NCBI RefSeq assembly: GCF_000011805.1
Contig: NC_006841.2
Reading direction: 5' to 3' (one strand)
From: Aliivibrio fischeri ES114
GTDB lineage: Bacteria > Pseudomonadota > Gammaproteobacteria > Enterobacterales > Vibrionaceae
Length of the DNA: 32,000 nt
A program made the translations under genes and the position numbers. The first letter of the stretch is position 1, and every line of letters starts with the position of its first letter. Positions 27,774-32,000 of this stretch are shown here, in pieces. The notes below the pieces were generated by a model. The model was given only the letters and a program-made list of their open reading frames with translations. It was not told the DNA's origin and did no database searches.

Positions 27774-28220
27774 ATGAGCACAAACACTTACTCAATTTAC
27801 ATCGACGGCGCAGCACCAAACAATCAAGGTGGTTGCATGAAAGGCGGTATCGGTATTGCGGTATATGATGTAAATAATGAGTTAATGGATACATGTTCAA
27901 TCACAGTCAATAGAGCGACAGACAATGCAGAGCTAGAGCTCATGGCATTAGTCGAAGGATTAGAATACGCCGCTGATGGCGATATCATTTATTCAGACAG
28001 TGAGTTCTGTGTGAAGGGCTACAATGAATGGCTTGATGGGTGGAAAGCGAAAGGGTGGCGGAAAGCTGATAAGAAGCCTGTAGCTTATCGTGAGCTGTGG
28101 CAACAAGTGGATGCATTGCGTAAAGAAAAGTATGTAGAAGTAGTTAAAGTGAGAGCGCATAGTGGAGTAGAAGGAAATGAAAAAGCAGATTCTTTAGCAT
28201 CAATGGCAGCTCGAAAATAA
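27774..28220 (+). CDS. Ribonuclease H-family protein
   Basis: SIYIDGAAPNNQGG, DNAELELMALVEGL, IIYSDSEFCVKG and HSGVEGNEKADSLA keep the acidic active-site pattern. Confidence 0.88.
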   Translation: MSTNTYSIYIDGAAPNNQGGCMKGGIGIAVYDVNNELMDTCSITVNRATDNAELELMALVEGLEYAADGDIIYSDSEFCVKGYNEWLDGWKAKGWRKADKKPVAYRELWQQVDALRKEKYVEVVKVRAHSGVEGNEKADSLASMAARK

Positions 28221-28644
28221 AGGTATTAATAGGACAGCAGAGCCTATTTTGGTTTCTTACATCTCATTACTGTTTTTTTGTTCTTTTTAAAGAATCATAT
28301 TAATTTATTTTCTTAATATATTTAGCCGCTAGATTTAATAAAAACTATATAACATGAAAGTAAATTTATGTATTAGTAATTAGATGAATTTAACACATAA
28401 GAGTGTATGAAGACTGGTAATGAGAGGCTACATTTTTCCCCACCAGGATTAACATAACAAGACGAAATCGTAACATGTGAGGTTTAATGGTTGTTTTCTC
28501 CAGGAAAGTGTCATTTTTATGTAAAAAAAATCAATTTATTGATACTTTCACATATAGACTAAGATAAAAAATGTATTAAGATATGTCAGAAGTAATTAAA
28601 GTAAGTTTAAAAATAAAAAGGAAAACTGAAATTAGGATTGGAAA

Positions 28645-29412
28645 TTGTTTAAAGCCTTTACCTATGAAGGAAATAATGTACAAAAACTTAAAAATGTCGT
28701 AATTACGAATCCATGTATAATTTGGATTGTCTGTGGTGTGAAAAATATATCTGTGGATGGTTATAAATATACTCTAAAAAAAGATGAAGCTATATTTTTA
28801 AGTGGTAATAGCAAGATCAGTTTTGAGAATTTCACAGAAGATGGTTTTTTTATTTCAAAACAAATAACGTTTATAAGAAAACCAAATATAGAATCAGTTC
28901 GGAAAAATAAGTTTGAGTTAAGTAAATATAGGAGTGTGAAATTAGATAGCCAGCTAAAGATGACTATGGAATTCTTACACCAAGCTGATTCTATTTTAAA
29001 TAATATAAAAACTAGGAGTATGTGGCTGGATGGTTTATATTTATTACTATTAGATTATGATTATCTTGAAATGTTATTCCGACCTGATGAGATAAGCTTT
29101 AATGAAAAAGTATATGAAATTTTAGATAAAATGGACCCTAAAGAACATAGAATAGAAAGTATATGTTTGGTTTTAAATATAAGCAAAGCAACTCTTATTC
29201 GTCGTTTAAAGAAATCGGGAACACAATTCAAAAAGATAGTAAGACAAGTTCGAATGAATAAAGCATTATTTCTTATACAGAAAAGAACTATACCTTTAGA
29301 TGAAATATCATTTTCTTGTGGATATCAGTCAATGGAACTTTTCAATTTATATTTTGAATCTGAATTTGGTATTTCCCCAAAGAATTATATAAAAACTTTT
29401 AGTGGTATATGA
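28645..29412 (+). CDS. AraC-family transcriptional regulator (ToxT/Rns-like architecture)
   Basis: C-terminal double HTH: IESICLVLNISKATLIRRLKKSGTQFKKIVRQVRMNKALFLIQKRTIPLDEISFSCGYQSMELFNLYFESEFGISPKNYIKT. Predicted TTG start. Confidence 0.85.
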   Translation: MFKAFTYEGNNVQKLKNVVITNPCIIWIVCGVKNISVDGYKYTLKKDEAIFLSGNSKISFENFTEDGFFISKQITFIRKPNIESVRKNKFELSKYRSVKLDSQLKMTMEFLHQADSILNNIKTRSMWLDGLYLLLLDYDYLEMLFRPDEISFNEKVYEILDKMDPKEHRIESICLVLNISKATLIRRLKKSGTQFKKIVRQVRMNKALFLIQKRTIPLDEISFSCGYQSMELFNLYFESEFGISPKNYIKTFSGI

Positions 29413-29442
29413 ATATAATTAAATTTTAATTATGGAAAATTA

Positions 29443-30312
29443 ATGAGATTAATTGAAGCAAAACTGGCATATCAACCTAAAACAAGAAATAATAAGCTTG
29501 TATCATTAGAGGTATTATTAAGGCCATATAATTGTTCGAATGTAGAGGCGTTTGTTAAAAGTCACAAATCGCCAATAAAACTTGATTGTAAAGTATTGGA
29601 GATGGCTTATTCAGATATGATTAATGCTAATTTAATATATCCAGTATCTATAAATGTATCTTACTTTAGCTTAATTAATAGTAACTTTATTCGTAATGCA
29701 ATAGCTCTATTTAAAGGGTTTGATGTGACGTTTGAATTAACTGAACATTATAATATTGGAAATTTAGATAAACTTAAAAAAAATATTGAGATATTACAAT
29801 ATAATGGATTTAATGTTTCTTTAGATGATTTTGGTAAAGGCTTCTCTAGTGTTAAACTACTAACTCAAATTGATTTCAATGAGGTTAAAATAGATAAATC
29901 TATTATATCAAATATAGATAATGATTTTTATAGTTATAAGCACCTTGTTTTTTTATCTGAAAAAATAAAAACACTCGGTGTCCATAATATTGTGTATGAA
30001 GGGATAGAAAGAAAAACACAACTTAACTTGATTAAGTTGTTTGATGATAATGCAATAATACAAGGTTATTATTATTCATATCCATTGCCATTAGAGTGCG
30101 TAATTAAAAACAGATACAGTGTTGAAAAAAATAGAGTATCTTTAAAAAGAACAACAGTTTTAGATGAGATTGAAAAGAAAATATATAAAATGATTATTTC
30201 TGAAAGCAAGGATAAGATTAATAATGAAATAAAAGATATAGATACAATGTTAGAAGTTTATAATGTTAATTATAAAAATACAATTTCAAATTTTAAAAAG
30301 AATTATTATTGA
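29443..30312 (+). CDS. Stand-alone EAL-domain protein (putative c-di-GMP phosphodiesterase)
   Basis: LEVLLR, INVSYFS, FELTEH, SLDDFGKGFSSVKLLTQI, VKIDKS, YEGIE, IQGYYYSYPL: all major EAL motifs in order. Confidence 0.88.
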   Translation: MRLIEAKLAYQPKTRNNKLVSLEVLLRPYNCSNVEAFVKSHKSPIKLDCKVLEMAYSDMINANLIYPVSINVSYFSLINSNFIRNAIALFKGFDVTFELTEHYNIGNLDKLKKNIEILQYNGFNVSLDDFGKGFSSVKLLTQIDFNEVKIDKSIISNIDNDFYSYKHLVFLSEKIKTLGVHNIVYEGIERKTQLNLIKLFDDNAIIQGYYYSYPLPLECVIKNRYSVEKNRVSLKRTTVLDEIEKKIYKMIISESKDKINNEIKDIDTMLEVYNVNYKNTISNFKKNYY

Positions 30313-30322
30313 TTAATTCTTT
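30297..30322 (+). terminator. Possible weak hairpin overlapping the EAL gene stop codon
   Basis: AAAGAATTA (30297-30305) / TAATTCTTT (30314-30322); A+T-only-like stem, so low confidence. Confidence 0.3.
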
Positions 30323-30594
30323 AAATTTGTTTTATTTTTAAGTGGGGTAAAGGTAATTTTATTTCTTATAAATGCAATTCTATGGCGATCTATATTGAAT
30401 AAATACAGTGATCTTATGTATTCAATTGATATTGGATTTTATATATCGGTTATTATAGGGTTGAATATCCTTGTTGGATATTTATACTAGTTTAAATTTA
30501 AGATATTTATAATAAAACAACGAAAACAATCAAAAAGCATAAATAAATGCTGTCAATTAAAAACTAAGTTAGTCTTTTTAGGATATAAGTATAA

Positions 30595-32000
30595 ATGAAT
30601 AAAATAACATTAAAAATGTTTTTCAATCTAATGATAAGTATCATAATTATAATATCAACCTCATCTATTTTAATCTTCAATATAACTACTATTGAGATTA
30701 AAGAGAAAGAAAATTTTTTACAAGAGCAAATTATTGGTTCACTTAATAGTATTAATAGAATAAATGGACTAATTAATGAAATAAGAAAAAGTGATATTCT
30801 TATTTTTAGTAAAATTAATGTCGAGAGTGCTAGAAAAAATCGTGAAACTTTTAATGAGGAATTAGTTAAAGAACTTGATACATATTCTCAGTTTCATGCT
30901 AATGAAGCTGATGCTAAGGCTTTTGACAAGTTAAAAGTTACAATATCAAAATACAATGATACATTAACATTTGATATGATTGATTATGAGTATAGTTTGT
31001 CTCTTATAGTTGACATTTTAAAATTAACTGATGAGTTAACATTTATTAATAATAGCTATGTTTCAGATTACATGGAGAGTAATGAAAAAAGTCTTAATAA
31101 TAATATAAAATATATCTCGTTCTTTTTCTTAGTAACTTTAATTGTTACTATTTTGTTTACAATGAGAATGATGAAAGATATTAATTCAAGAATTAAACTC
31201 ATTAATGATGCAATAAAGAGATTTGTAAGTCTAGACATTAGAACTAGTGAGTTATGTTATTTTATAGAATCTAAAAAATTTAAAAATGATGAAATAGGTT
31301 CTATTATGCTAAATTTGAAAGAGTTTAGAATAAAAATAACTGAGGTTTTAACTTTAACTAGTAACTCTATAAATAATAATAAAATAGGTATTGATAAAAT
31401 TGGAGGCTCTTTATCTGATAATAAAAATTTTATGGTTACACAATTTGATAATATGAGTCAATTAGTAACAGCGATAAACGAGCTTCAATGTGCAGCAATG
31501 GAAGTTGCTAGTAATATTAATCAATCTGCTGGATTAACACAAGAATCATCACAGCAATGTATTGAAACAAAAGATGTAATTCAGGGAACTAAAAAAGCAA
31601 TTAATAATACAAGTTTAAGTCTTGAAGAATGTAATAGTATTGCTGATCTGCTTCAAAAAGATAGTGAACAAATTGCATCTGTTTTAGTGTTGATAAGAAA
31701 CATTGCAGATCAAACTAATTTATTAGCTCTAAATGCAGCAATTGAAGCAGCACGAGCTGGAGAGTCAGGTCGTGGTTTTGCTGTTGTAGCAGATGAAGTG
31801 CGTATGTTAGCTCAGAAAACTCAAGAATCAACAATTAAAATTGAGAGTATTATTTCTGTTTTACAAGATAGAACAACAGGTGTACAAGAAAAAATTAATG
31901 ATAGTAACTTATTGATGAATAGCTGTGTTGAGAAAATTAACGATGCTGAAAGTTATATAGAAAATGTATCAAATAATCTTGTGGCTTTGTCTGAAATGGG
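30595..32000 (+). CDS. Methyl-accepting chemotaxis protein, truncated by the window end; not in the supplied ORF track
   Basis: [31 protein letters not shown]1, second [27 protein letters not shown]-like linker, and hairpin [47 protein letters not shown]. Open to base 32000. Confidence 0.93.
   Translation, partial: MNKITLKMFFNLMISIIIIISTSSILIFNITTIEIKEKENFLQEQIIGSLNSINRINGLINEIRKSDILIFSKINVESARKNRETFNEELVKELDTYSQFHANEADAKAFDKLKVTISKYNDTLTFDMIDYEYSLSLIVDILKLTDELTFINNSYVSDYMESNEKSLNNNIKYISFFFLVTLIVTILFTMRMMKDINSRIKLINDAIKRFVSLDIRTSELCYFIESKKFKNDEIGSIMLNLKEFRIKITEVLTLTSNSINNNKIGIDKIGGSLSDNKNFMVTQFDNMSQLVTAINELQCAAMEVASNINQSAGLTQESSQQCIETKDVIQGTKKAINNTSLSLEECNSIADLLQKDSEQIASVLVLIRNIADQTNLLALNAAIEAARAGESGRGFAVVADEVRMLAQKTQESTIKIESIISVLQDRTTGVQEKINDSNLLMNSCVEKINDAESYIENVSNNLVALSEM

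Larger units (their letters stand above)
18557..28220. mobile_element. Remnant integrative element / genomic island (boundaries approximate)
   Basis: Integrase remnant, inovirus Gp2/YfjJ-like protein, AlpA, RadC-like protein, DUF2787 pair and RNase H, plus uncharacterised ORFs, following a run of core genes. Confidence 0.7.

Noticed and set aside
18597-28235. TTAATAGG shared by the left gap and the region after RNase H as possible att direct repeats
   Set aside because: Eight AT-rich bases are expected by chance; true island ends need comparison with an empty site.
18500-28500. tRNA or tmRNA gene as an integration target
   Set aside because: No cloverleaf-like or tmRNA 3-prime sequence recognised by eye; a tRNAscan-SE/ARAGORN run would be needed to be certain.
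18500-32000. Search for CRISPR array, retron, toxin-antitoxin pair, restriction-modification, CBASS or other known complete defence system
   Set aside because: No array-like repeats, reverse transcriptase, methylase, nuclease-effector or cyclase motifs seen; naming a defence system here would be speculation.

Overview
This 32 kb window looks like a Vibrionaceae chromosome, probably Aliivibrio/Vibrio (inferred from protein content only). Positions 1 to about 18.5 kb are ordinary core genome: queE, an mlc-type ROK repressor, an ltaE-type threonine aldolase, ravA-viaA, DUF2960 and DUF3069 proteins, an OmpA-like lipoprotein, creA, a DUF3010 protein, a periplasmic-sensor HD-GYP protein, gltS, an outer-membrane beta-barrel, an ABC exporter, a yeiR-like GTPase and ylqF. 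Most are separated by clear hairpin terminators. From about 18.55 kb the sequence becomes accessory. It begins with a broken C-terminal P4-type integrase (N-terminus missing, two frameshifts, one in-frame TAG). A divergent pair follows (possible RHH protein / inovirus Gp2-YfjJ-like protein), sharing a control region with repeated TAGTA/TACTA half-sites. Next come a WYL regulator plus lipoprotein pair and a DUF2787/RadC/AlpA/RNase H backbone resembling that of known Vibrio islands such as VSP-II. From about 28.3 kb a very A+T-rich module encodes an AraC-family regulator, a compact stand-alone EAL protein with apparently intact catalytic residues, and a methyl-accepting chemotaxis protein running off the window end. 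The most interesting targets are the divergent control region, the WYL/lipoprotein cargo, the uncharacterised small G/A-rich protein, and the AraC/EAL/MCP module. No CRISPR array, tRNA, rRNA or complete known defence system could be supported. Family names rest on recalled motifs; no database search was run.
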